From Rhizophagus irregularis (lineage: Eukaryota), in contig NC_089429.1 in NCBI RefSeq assembly GCF_026210795.1, positions 6,448,001-6,512,000 on the forward strand: a stretch of DNA of 64,000 nt, given 5' to 3'. Shown here piece by piece: positions 1 through 12,185 of the stretch. The notes under the pieces are model-generated. The model ran no database searches. It saw nothing but the letters and a program-made list of their open reading frames with translations, and was not told where the DNA came from. The stretch's first letter is position 1, and each line of letters opens with the position of its first letter. A program made the translations under genes and the position numbers.

Positions 1-2350
1 ACTTCTTGGAGAAAATCAAAAATTATTAAAAATATAATCTCTTTTAGATCTAATTAATATATCAAATAACTTATCTCCTATGATTACAATAGTATTTAAT
101 TTAAAAATTACTAATAATGAATGCAAATTTTGACAATCCAGTAAATATTCATCTGATGGTAATAATGCTAATGATAAATATTCAATTAAATGGCAGTACT
201 TGCAAATATTACAAATAAAATAAGAGAATCTTCAGAAAAATTATCCTCATAATTAACAAAATATTGGTTATTAAATAAAATTTCTTTGATATTCCCTCCG
301 CTATTTTAATAATACTAAAAACTACATTTAATTTAATATCTCAAGGTTAGGGATATATTCATTTCGATTTGCTATATATAAATAAATACCCATTAAATAA
401 ACGACTTCCTCATGTAATATAATTAACGAACCATTGAAATATCTACAGCTTCATCTTCATTATAAATCATATGAGTATTCGTCTAATTTACTTGACAGCT
501 TCATCCTCATTATAAATCATATGAGTATTCGTCTAATTTAATTGACGGCTTCATCCTCATTATAAATCATATGAGTATTCGTCTAATTTAATTGACGGCT
601 TCATCCTCATTATAAATCATATGAGTATTCGTCTAATTAAATTGACGGCTTCATCCTCATTATAAATCATATGAGTATTCGTCTAATTAAATTGACGCTT
701 TCATCCTCATTATAAATCATATGAGTATTCGCTTACTTTATAAAAAAAATTCTGGAAAAAACTCATTTTTCTAGTTTATATTCCAAAAAAAACTCAGATA
801 CGTAATCATTTTTCTGAAAAATTTTTTATAGGGTTATTTATGTGTAACACTCCTTTAAATAATAATGATGTATAGTTGTATGGGTAAACATGTAAAAAGA
901 ATACTTTTGAAATATCTACAGCTTCATCCTCATTATAAATCATATGAGTATTCGTCTAATTTATTTGACGGCCTTCATCCTTATTATAAATCATATGAGT
1001 ATTCGTCTAATTTAATTGACGGCTTCATCCTCATTATAAATCATATGAGTATTCGTCTAATTAAATTGACGGCTTCATCCTCATTATAAATCATATGAGT
1101 ATTCGTCTAATTAAATTGACGGTTTCATCCTCATTATAAATCATATGAGTATTCGCTTACTTTATAAAAAAAATTCTGGAAAAAACTCATTTTTCTAGTT
1201 TATATTCCAAAAAAAACTCAGATACGTAATCATTTTTCTGAAAAATTTTTTATAGGGTTATTTATGTGTAACACTCCTTTAAATAATAATGATGTATAGT
1301 TGTATGGGTAAACATGTAAAAAGAATACTTTTGAAATATCTACAGCTTCATCCTCATTATAAATCATATGAGTATTCGTCTAATTTATTTGACGGCCTTC
1401 ATCCTTATTATAAATCATATGAGTATTCGTCTAATTTATTTGACGGCCTTCATCCTCATTATAAATCATATGAGTATTCCGTCCAATTTATTCGACGACT
1501 TCATCCTCATTATAAATCATGAGTATTCCGTCTAATTGTATTTGACGGCTTCATCCTCATTATAAATCATATGAGTATTCGTCATATTTTCTGAAAAGTT
1601 TTTTATAGGGTTACTCCTTTAAATAATAATGTATAGTTGTGCAGGTAGCTGTAAATCATATGAGTATTCGTTTAATTTATTTACTACGTTACTTTCAAAC
1701 GATTAAGAACATTCTTCTACTTTGCTAACATGATGAATACTTCCTCATACTTTCTCGTATGAATCTTCATCAAATCCTCTTCAAATTAAATTCATCATTC
1801 TATTCAAAATAATTTTTTGTATATCATTTTTCTAGTTTTTATTCCGAAGAAACTCAGACACGTGATCATTTTTCTGAAAGATTTTTTATAAGGTTTACAA
1901 ATTTTTCCTAATTCACAAAATACACGGTTTTTACTAGATGATAGCTGATCTGCTGTAGCGCTATACTTTCTTTGATTGTATTATAGTTTTACTTAGACTT
2001 CTGCCTGCTTGACATAAACTAAATTTTCTAATTCAAAAGGTAGGAGGGATTAATTATGGTGTACAGACTAATTCTATGAGTAATTCCAGTCGTGGATATA
2101 GCTTCTGAGATGTTCAGTGTTTATCACGTCGAGATATTGTACTCTTGAACATTTACTTAACAAGAGTTGGTAAATTTCTCATCATTTTATATTATTGGGT
2201 AAAAACGTTAACAATTTTATGATAACGCTAAGGTTTTCGCCATAAATGCACCAAAGTTTATTTATTATTGAACATGAGTGTGGAGTATTTAAATCATCTT
2301 GAAATTTTTATCATATTTTTATAAAGGTTGGCGATTTCTAACGACTGGAG
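1..2350 (-). pseudogene. Decayed F-box/LRR-like gene, interrupted by the 50-bp repeat element
   Basis: Minus strand near 2245-2305 reads FQDDLNTPHSCSIINKLWC, like DLDSLHSCSLVNKTWC in the intact F-box at 40194. Minus strand near 100-305 reads SGGNIKEILFNNQYF...CKYCHLIEYLSLAL, like ENSGGHILEIY...HCPKL in the intact paralog. Many stops and frameshifts; runs off the window start. Confidence 0.7.
449..1582. repeat. 50-bp tandem repeat array nested in a 424-bp higher-order duplication
   Basis: Unit cttcatcctcattataaatcatatgagtattcgtctaatttaattgacgg recurs at 451, 501, 551, 601, 651, 701 and again in blocks at ~922-1154 and ~1346-1582. The inter-array spacer (gcttactttataaaaaaaattctgg...) recurs at 731 and 1155, an offset of 424. 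Confidence 0.95.
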
Positions 2351-4409
2351 TAGTGCTTTTAAATATATAAATTTCGTCTAAAAACCAATACAAATCATTC
2401 AATCATTCGTATGACAATCACATAACAACATGTATTGTGCATATATTAAAAAATAGATGCGCCATAATTCCTTATAGGAAAAGATCCACTTTTTGTGAAA
2501 GAATTTTTACCCATGATCGCATAACTTATCACCTCAATTAATTTACTATTTTGTTATCACTTTATAAATATGCCGGAACATCCGAGATGGAATGTTAGAT
2601 ATATAAATAGCCCCTGACTTCTCATGTAGGATCTGTAAACCTTATTTTAATAGTTCATGTGATTCATGTGATATTTGATATTCACAAAAAAAAAACTTGT
2701 TAATTGTTAATATGCACTATGCAGTTAAAAATACAGCAACTCGTTCATAATATGATGGGAATTATTTTATTTAAAAATAATCAAGTATAATGACGGGTAT
2801 GTTGGTGTGGAAAAATTACTAACTATTGTATTGCCCACGCCAAAATTTTAAATAAAAGAAATCTCTTAAAATCACAAGAATGCGAAGTTATCACCAATAT
2901 ATAACGTTTATTTGAATATGATTCTTATTCATACAATGAAATTACGCAAAAGGAATAATGAATAGGAATTAAAAAAAGAATTTTTTATTTCAATGACATA
3001 AACACATGTGAAAAATATAATCTTACAAGAATTTATACAATTAAAAATGTCAATAAGAACTTTCGAAATCTAATTTAAGTAAGGGTTTACTTGATTCTAG
3101 AAAGTTCAAAATGAAAATTTTATTTAATAATTCTTTTAAAAGGTTACATTTTTTGAAATTACAAATGCATGTTGGCGCTTCAGAATTAGTCATCTGCCAT
3201 CTTTTTTTCTAAAAAAAAATCCTCGTATCTTATCAAGAAAAATATGACCGAATTTAGTTAATTCATTATTTTTTTCACAAAATATTTGTAGTGTGATTAT
3301 ATCATGAAGTCTTAGATTATTTCACAAAGATTTTAAGTGATTTTTTACGATCGTCAATTCATTTAAGTACTTATTGCCCGACCCGCAGTCGACTGCAGTG
3401 ATTAACATAATGAATAATTTCGTAATCCATTTCTTAATATCTTAGGAAATTTTTAATTAACCTTCATATTTTCTTATATGACATACTCTAAATCCTTTTT
3501 TCTATATAATTTTGTAAAATTCAGGAATTAAAGTTTGGATCGCTGCAATCATTTCCGCAGTAAATAAACTTTTCGTTATTAAAGCATATAGATGATCATA
3601 CAGTATTCATATATTTTCCATGCATATACTACATCTCACGAAAACGTCATTGATAATTTTCATAATTGTGTGTATATGTTTTTAGTCCATAATTATATAT
3701 TTTTTATATAAAACTCTAGTAATAATAAAAAGAAAAAATGCTTAATTATTTTTTCGCATTGTTGAATTTCCGAATTATTCATGTTCCATTCATTTCATAG
3801 TTGCCTAACAATTTATTAATTAGATATAAAAGAATCTATAACCGCTTTTCTTCTGCTTCTGTTACCATAAATAATGGCGACGGATGTTATATGCTACATA
3901 TTAGTTACTAAATACCTCAATTTGCGAACGTAAAAAATGTAAACACATCATTTGAGGCATCTTCGACTTTTAATGGCGGATGAATTGTTCAAGGGATCAT
4001 AATTTAATAATAATATTTTATTATTCTAACCGAAGTTTTATTTATATTATTTTATAATAACGCGTACAATAAATAAAAAAATTAAATTTTTTTTTTTTTT
4101 AAGACAAATTGAACGACTCTAAATAATAACACGACTGAATATTTTTCTTTCACAAAAGAATTTCAACGAGTGTTTTAGTATGTAATATATTTTCAATAAA
4201 TAACTTTTATATGTTAGAAATTGTGAGTTACAGCTTTCGATCTGTTAGAAAATCAAATTAAAATTTTTTGAAGTTGATGTAGCTTCAGTTGTGGTGACAA
4301 ATCAATGACGTACTTCTATTCTGTAAAAATTTCTTGATGAAATGGAGCATCACGTTATCAGTATGTAACATGATTACGTGAACTTAAAAATCACGATCAT
4401 AATAAATTT

Positions 4410-4823
4410 AATAAAAATTATTCAGCGAGAACGTCTTCCTGTAACTTTTTATTTTAAATTAATATATAATTTATATTATTAGCTATTTAAGTTAATGACA
4501 CCTACTTTTTCAAAAAATTGATTGTTTTCGTTTTAAACTTTTCATTAGTGATCTTCGGTTTCTTATGATGGACTGTTTCATTTTCACGGGTACCCTCAGG
4601 AATATTTCGTTATGATGGATTCTTCTAGAGCTTTTCATGTAGGATGTCTTATTCGTTTAAGTGTTTGATATGATTGATGGGACGAATAAATTCCTAGTTG
4701 ACGGCATTATAGATTCATGAGGTCTTTTAGTTGTTGTCGCAGCGCTTTTTTTGCTTTTAGATATTCAATCAACTGAGCAATTTCAGGATCATTTTCAATA
4801 TCATATCTATGTCTTCCGACAAA
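4410..4823 (-). pseudogene. Degraded paralog of the small two-exon gene at 50064-50524
   Basis: Reverse complement aligns by eye along its length with the 50064 gene: TTGTCGGAAGACATAGATATG vs ATGTCGGATAGGAATATCGATTT; CATATCAAACACTTAAACGAATAAGACATCCT vs CATATCAGACACTTTAGACAAGTCAGTCATCCT; donor region AAAGTAGGTGTCATTAACTTAAATAGCTAA vs AAAGTAAGTATCTATTAACTTTAATAACTAA. Start codon lost; frameshifts. Confidence 0.75.
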
Positions 4824-6657
4824 ATGCGTGTGTAATGAAAATTTTGTTTTACTATTCATTTATTATAACTTTTCTGCTTTACCATGGCGTAGTAATTTTT
4901 GTACACATGTAATTTTAATTAATGAAAAATTTATAAAATATTTTTTTTTGTGATCCTGATGTTGATCACGGGATTTAAGCTTTTATTAAACTTTTCACTC
5001 ACAGTCACATGTAGACTTATTTATTACTTTCTAATAGTTCTTTTGTGTAAAAAACCTAAAAAAAAGATGCCGAATACCAATTCTAGAACGCCAACATGCA
5101 TTGGAATTTCTAATCCAAATGTAATATACTTTATTTTTTTTTGTTTGTCCATTTAGAACTTAAAAGATTTTTGTGTTACAAAAATTCTTTTATATGTTTC
5201 ACACATGTTTATCATAATTTGATTTAATAATATAAAAAAGAAAGAAATTTATTTTATTAATATATAATATACATATAATAAAAAAAAAGAAAATTATACA
5301 TATATTTTTTTTTTAATTGTTTTTTTAATTATTCTTTTTACAGAAAAAGAAGAAAAGAAATTCAAAAGAGTTACATACGGATTGTCCTATTTTATGCTCG
5401 TTTTGTTATTATGGATCGAGCTAGGCCCTGTATATCTAAGATCTGCTAACTTTAAAAAAAATTAGTTTTCTACTCTCATATTTTTTTTTATTGGTTATTA
5501 TTTAAAATTGTATTGTTATTTTAAAATTATTCAATTTTTTTTAACAAACTCCGTGTGAATTTCTTGAAAAATATATTATTCTTAAAAAAGATTATTAGAT
5601 TGACAATCCTTATATTTTCATTACTTGTGTTCATGTTTATTTTCAGGAGATAAAAAATGTTTCAATTGTTTCATGATAAGTTGAACCATATTTTTTTTTT
5701 TCTTTAGAGAAAGGTTATATTACATGTATGTTAACGCAACAAAGAATCCTAATGGCTAATCCTATCTATATATAGTGCATCACACAAATATAATTTTTTT
5801 GACAATCATTCATCACTTTATGATCGACATTCCCGATCATCATATGTGATATATCACAGTCAATTAATATATGTTGTATAAATTCAGGTCAAACTAATGA
5901 TGCCGGCCAGAATTACATATTTATAATATCACGTGATATATTTTATCGATTATGAGATTACATAATGTAATCTAATCAAATTTCTGACATCATATACGGC
6001 AAAGTGTTCGAAAAAAACTTCCTTTCCTATGGTATACATCGAACATTATCACTTTAACCTGAGTCTGTCATCAACCTTCCCAAACGACACGACATCAACA
6101 CCTAAATCAAGAATCTCCGCGCGTTACATAACTCCTACTATATCAGATATAGGTGATATTTGACCTAATTACATCATTAGTGCACAACTTACCAATACCT
6201 TCTTCTACGTTTTTCCAACTCAAACAAAATTAGACAACTCAACAAACCACATATTACTTATCGTACGATCACATACAATGATTTTTTAGAATATTATCAC
6301 CCACATCTAATCCAAATCCAATCGTAGACTTGACGCCTAATGCCTTTTCTTTACTAGTTCCCCTACTTCTATTGTTAATTTTTAATTAAAAAATTACTTT
6401 TACCAATTCTTTAAATACAGAATTTTTTAATATTACTAATAGATTACAAGATTTTAACCAATTAGAATTTATGCCGTGGCTTTTTAAAAAGAAATGACAA
6501 ACTTACCAAACCAAGATGGGATACAGCTGGTATTTCACTTCCCCTAGCGCTCATACTGTTGTTCATTTGAACAATGGCAAACGTTTTCGATTTTTACGAT
6601 ATGTCTTAAATTTAATCACGTGACGATTTATACAGATTCTCAATCAACCATATAAAC

Positions 6658-6790
6658 GGGTCTGGTACAAAATCCCGAATGTCAAAATCCCGAAAATCCC
6701 GAACCGGGCAGCATTATGCTTAATGTTGGCCAATATTTCGGGATTTCGTACCATTCGGGATTTTGACATTCGGGATTTTGTACGGATCCC
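6658..6790 (+). mobile_element. 133-bp MITE (GGG...CCC termini, 8-bp TSD), copy 1
   Basis: TIRs gggtctggtacaaaatcccgaatgtcaaaatcccgaa / ttcgggattttgacattcgggattttgtacggatccc. Flank atataaac at 6650-6657 reappears at 6804-6811 after a short stutter. Confidence 0.85.
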
Positions 6791-6972
6791 ATCCCATATA
6801 CCCATATAAACGCATAACAACCTGGAGTCTTGGATAATCCTAAATTAACTCAAGACGGCTCCAAAAATCAATAACTGTCTGTTATGCCAAGGTATCAAAT
6901 ATTTAGTCAATTACATGTATCACTGCTGAAAGTTAAGGCTCATTCTAACGATCATAAGTTGCATTTAGCACC

Positions 6973-7090
6973 GGGATCCGTACAATATCCCGAATGGTAC
7001 GAAATCCCGAAATATTGGCCAACATTAAGCATAATGCTGCCCGGTTCGGGATTTTCGGGATTTTGACATTCGGGATTTTGTACCAGACCC
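6973..7090 (-). mobile_element. 118-bp MITE, inverted copy 2 of the 6658-6790 family
   Basis: Near-exact reverse complement of copy 1 minus one 15-bp internal repeat. Perfect 8-bp TSD ttagcacc at 6965-6972 and 7091-7098. Confidence 0.92.
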
Positions 7091-7184
7091 TTAGCACCAT
7101 TATTAGAAAAAAAGAAATTCATTTTAGATTTTTTTTTTTCTTGTAGAAGCTAATTCGTGCAAGGATAATTAACTTTTCGGAACC

Positions 7185-7487
7185 ATGACTGAAATTACTT
7201 TCTCTCCCGCTAAAAACCCTATCCTTTTAGAGGACGATATAGATCATTTTTTTAAATGATGGCTAATGAAATATGGACATGTAACTGATGTAAAACCTTT
7301 TCAAATGCTCATGATAGAAGCTTATAAAAATAATTCTAATTTTGGGACTGATGAATTGGATGATTATTATACTTCATGTAAAACTCGTACTAAATATTTG
7401 AATTTTATGAAGGATTATTTAGATAGACTTACGAAAGATCAAATATTTACGCTAGCGTGGATGGTCAATTTACTCGTTATAAAATGA
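7185..7487 (+). pseudogene. Small ~100-codon ORF with a single internal TGA, unknown product
   Basis: ATG at 7185 (MTEITFSPAKNPILLEDDIDHFFK*WL) is in frame with the 7266-7487 ORF; only one stop interrupts it. Confidence 0.45.
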
Positions 7488-7559
7488 CCATTAACGATTA
7501 TTGTAATTTTTTAGTGAGTGGGAAACCAAAATAATAATAACAATTTAAAAAAAAATTTG

Positions 7560-10500
7560 ATTACTATGTATATTATATTAAGAGAATTAGAAGACAGTAA
7601 CATTTGGTCATGGATCAGAACGGTGAGGTGGAATAGGAATAGTCGATTGACTTGAGTTGCGTGTTTTGTTATTCTTAGCTCGATGTTTGTATGATTTCTT
7701 TTCTTTTTAGTTTTATCCCTTGAGATAATTCTTATGTCTTAAGCGCATCACAATGTGTTTTCCAGATCAGTTGGTAAAGTTGTGAATTAAATGAATTGTT
7801 TAGTTGCAGTGTATTTATTCTTATATTGTTGAATTGGCTAATTCCACAGGTATTAGTTGGCGAATAATTAGGTAGATCGGATGAGATATAGAGGTGACTT
7901 GCGTGAATAACCTTAACGTTGTTTTGTGTTTATATGGGATAATAAAACTTTTGAGTTTTGTTCCGTTAAAATGAGTTGTAGCGCCTGGTCCATCGCCCAA
8001 ATGTGAATTCGTGTCTTCATTTTTGAGCAGACGGAGCAGAGGTGACAGAGGATAAGTCGGGATGGGTATAATAAAGGGTAGTGTTTTTGTAATATATCGC
8101 CACATGGAAGAATATAATTTAAACTCTTGATTTACAGGCATTTTTTTAGTTTTGAAAGGACTACACATATCCAAAGTGTTGTTATGTTTGATCCAATCCT
8201 GTGTGAGCGGCCAGTGTATTTCCGTCATCGAATGACGGAATGATTACTGGAAATTTGTGATCACTTTGAAAATGAATGTCCATCGTACGTATACGCTTCA
8301 CTAATCCTTGTTCCAAATTTCCTAATATCTCTATCGATCGGTTCTATGGCGTCCCACATAGACGTCATTAACGAATTGGAGACGAATTTCGGGTTAATCA
8401 AAATCGGAGGCGTGTCTAACCTTCTTTGGCCAGAACATCAACCATTTTGTTGTAGGTGTTCTTTGATCTTATGGAAAATGATATTTAAGTTACGTTGAGT
8501 GTATAATTGTTAATTTTAAGATATCTACGTTCCGAAAGTAATTGGTTAGAAGTGTTGTAGTATGTTGAAATAACGTTCTGCAAGTCGGTATAGATGCTGA
8601 CTGTACTATTCTCGGGACATGTCATAATGGCCGTTAAAACTGCATATCCTTCAGCTTTAGTAGACGACGGAGAAATTGTAGTACTACTTTGAGAGTAAGA
8701 CTGTAAGAGGTGGTGTTGACTGGTCTTTTGCCCAACCAAAACTTATGCATGTTGTAGTGTTCGACTCCTTATTATATTTTCGTAAAGAACCGTCTCTATA
8801 GAATTTAAGTCTTTCTATATGTCCGCATAAAAGCTGTATAATATCCGCATCAAAAATTGCATAATATGATGATGGATAGCTTTATTGGCGGTGGAAATGT
8901 GTTAAGATCGGTTGTTAAAATCGTTATGTTTTGAACGTATGGATTTGTTGTTAAATGTTGGATGTTGGAAAGATACTACGTTTTGATAGCAGACGTGAAT
9001 TAAAATTAGGTTTGTATTTACTAGAGTGAATTGAAAACTTGATTAATTGATTAGTATTCATAAGGACACATTTTGGCCCCTGGGTAAGGAATTAAAATAG
9101 GGGCTTGACTTTGTGGTGTGAATCCTTGAAAATTATCGTCTGGATGAGTATAAGGTATAAAATGTTCCTATACGTGATCGATATTTTCATAGGATCGTTA
9201 ACTTGTCCAATAGTTTATCCATAGAGTTCTTTGTTGGTGACTGCGTCCGGCGTCCCAATAAATAGTCCATTCGTTATTTGGGCGATGATAGTAACTAAGC
9301 GTGATTTTTGGTGCCTTATAATACAAATAATTGATAAATGGTGACGTTAAAGGTATGGTTAATCTGCGATTTTGTGGCGTCAAAATACCGTCGGATTCAA
9401 TTTGCAAAACCAGTTTGGTTTACGACCTTTAAATTTGTTTTGAGGGGAGATCACGAATATGATTCCATGTTCTCCGTCTATCGTGGTAATTTGGTCTTTA
9501 AACATTATATGTTTTTATCTAAGTGAAGTAATGTCTTGTTTTGTAAGATTCGATATATGATAAATAATGGGGTATTACCTCCTGTTATGGGGATTATTAT
9601 GGGATAAGAAAGTAATGTTAAATTTGTTGTATAATACTAATTCTTTAGTTAAAAGTGACGCTTTCCCTTTAGAAGAACCATTAAATCGTTCAGTGTTGGG
9701 AAATGTGGTAACCAGTATTCATACTGGGTTGTAAGATTTTTTGGTAACCTATAATTTTAAACATTCTTGAATTGGAAGCACGTTAGTAATGGCGCAAACG
9801 CGCAATATGCGTAAAATTGGTTATAGAAAAAATTGTTGATACAAGGGGACAATTTGTTATGTATGATATTTGTCGTATGTAGATTTAGGTAATGATAAAT
9901 TCGGGCCATGAGTATGGAAAGCATTGATATAAACTGTAGTAACTTTAATTGATTTTTGATGAGTGACCTGTAATGTAATTTCTTTGTTGCATCTTTTCTT
10001 GTCGTTTGTTAAAATTTCGTATTTATCATGATTGATGGTGATATTAGCCAGTTCGTAGAATTCGTTCGCCAATTTCAATTTCTCTAAACTTGGCGCGTAC
10101 CAACTGGTATCGTCCAAATATCCTACTACTGATGTGTTAAAGTTGATTTGTTGGTCTGAGTTTTGATTAATTTTTGTTAAGTTATTGGTCAGGAGATTCA
10201 TTAATTTAGCGAACATTGGATCGTAATAACAGATTCATAGAATTGGACTTATAACTTCGCCTTGTTCGATACCCTGTAAAACATCGTATGGTTTTCGTTG
10301 ATGAAATTTAAGTACGTCTTCTAAGAACAGGTTTTAAGTGTATCTTTAATTTTAGATTTCCAATGTGGGTATTTATTTTGTTCGTTTTGATTACGTCTAA
10401 ATCTATGTTGAAATCTCATTATGGTGATTTTATATTTGTTTTGTTTTCTTGTTTTGATAGTATTTTCAATATAGTTGTAAAGTTCAATAGTTAAGTCTTT

Positions 10501-12096
10501 ATCTTTTGATTGGTCTGCCAGTAAGTATACGTTAATTAATCTAATGTGTTTTGTGTATTTAAACATAGATCAATTGTTAACACTCTTCCTTTGTAATGGG
10601 TTGTTTTAATAATATGTTTGGAAAGTGAATTTGATAAGACTACTGCGACTTTTGATTCTTTAGTCGAGCCGTTTACGTCGTAATATATACGGACTTTGTC
10701 GTTATTATCTTCAATGGTCATATGTATATGTAATTGATGTGTACCATAGTATGTTTTTCGTGTTGTTTTGGTATCCTAATTCTGTTAATGTAAGTATGTC
10801 GAATTTCTCAAATTTATAAAATGATAGGATATCGTTTAATTTTGAGTGATATCCTTGTTGTATGTTGATGGTGCCTATTTAATGTAATCATTAAAATGTA
10901 AAGAAATATTATTGTGTTCTGTTATTGTGGATGTATTTGTCTCGTAAGAGGAGTTATTGTTGTTAATTTAATTTAATATATTGATGTCATCGATATATAT
11001 CTATTGGGTGCGTGTAGTGTAGTTTTCTATTTGGTAAGTAGATTGGGGTTGTTCGTATGATGAAGAGAGAGTTAAGTGAAGGTAAATAAGAATGGGTTGT
11101 TATTATTTTGAGTATATGAAGTATTTAAAGAATGAACATTCTATGTTGATGATTGGTCAGTAAGTACTGTATTTTTCGTAACCTCTCTTTTTGATTCTTT
11201 TTGTTGATGATGTGTTATATATATGGGTGAAGGGAGTGTACCTAGCGCATTTTTGTCCAGCTAGTGAGCCGGTGAATGGTTGAGTTGAATCATTATAAGA
11301 GGTATCAAAATCTTCATTGATAATTAATTCATTATTATATCCCATTGAGTGACTTGTACTAGCTTGTTCGTATTATCAGTAGCGTCTTCTAGATCGCTAA
11401 CTAAGGTGTTGTCACATTCGATGAATCGTTTAGTTTTATGATTTTTGGGTGTTTGATAGATTGTCGTTGTTCGTTAAGTGGCGTAGTATCATTAGTTGTT
11501 TCAGTTTCCATTTGAACTGAAGTTGGTGTTTTTGGACGTGTAGTACGGGTTGATTTATCAGAACCTGGTACACTGTCGTCGTCCTTTTCAACATCAACAA
11601 TATCAGTCGTTTGTTTAGCTTCCGATATATGATTCGTTGATAATATATGATAGCATTTCTTTGTTCGTCTTGACGTCCATTTTGATTTGTTAAAATAGAT
11701 TGTGTAATGGTACTTAAATTGTGGACTATTTCACCTAATTTATTGATCATAGATTCTTGATTAATTATGACTTTTTCTTGATTTGTGACGGTTGTAGTCA
11801 ATTCCTTTAGTTTATATTCCATATCTTGGATTCTATTTTGTATCTGACTAATATTATCGTCATGTATGGATACAGTAAGTCCTAAAGTGTTGTATAATTT
11901 TGATCGTAGTATTCATTTTTATCCAGCGGATAATCCCCATTATTCGTTGGATTCTTCTTGGGTTTATTATTTTAAGATGCGTAAAGTGGTTTGTTAACGT
12001 CTTCGTCTAATTGAGGAACTAGATATCCATATATGAAGCGTTCTCCGTTGTTACTATAGGTGTTATTTTTGTGTCCTTGAGGGGGACGGTCGTTTA
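7560..12096 (-). mobile_element. Decayed non-LTR retrotransposon (LINE): ORF1 remnant, APE endonuclease, reverse transcriptase, RNase H
   Basis: APE-like pieces (KVAVVLSNSLSKHII..YKGRVLTIDL; IRLINVYL) at ~10320-10900. RT motifs QGEVISPIL..YYDPMF and VGYLDD at ~9860-10290. RNase H motifs SSTKAEGYAVLTA..VSIYTD at ~8480-8740. Coiled-coil ORF1 piece at 11436-11822. Many stops, frameshifts and internal deletions. Confidence 0.88.
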
Positions 12097-12185
12097 TGTT
12101 GTGCCCCAAGTTGATGATCTGCCCCAAATCTAAATTTCAATTTGGGGCGATCCAACTTAAAATTTCAAATTGGGGCAATACAATT

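Larger units (their letters stand above)
5990..7110 (+). mobile_element. Fragmented non-LTR retrotransposon relic including an RNase H piece
   Basis: 6884-6960 encodes LHVSLLKVKAHSNDH, the KVKAHS motif typical of LINE-associated RNase H. Upstream AC-rich sequence is broken by stops. Confidence 0.55.

Noticed and set aside
865..1522. ORFs 865-1089 and 1289-1522 with repeated LHPHYKSYEYSS
   Set aside because: Chance read-through of the 50/51-bp tandem repeat; most units are 50 bp and shift frame.
6658..7090. Single 433-bp element with long TIRs
   Set aside because: The outer flanks do not share a TSD; each half has its own TIR pair and its own TSD.
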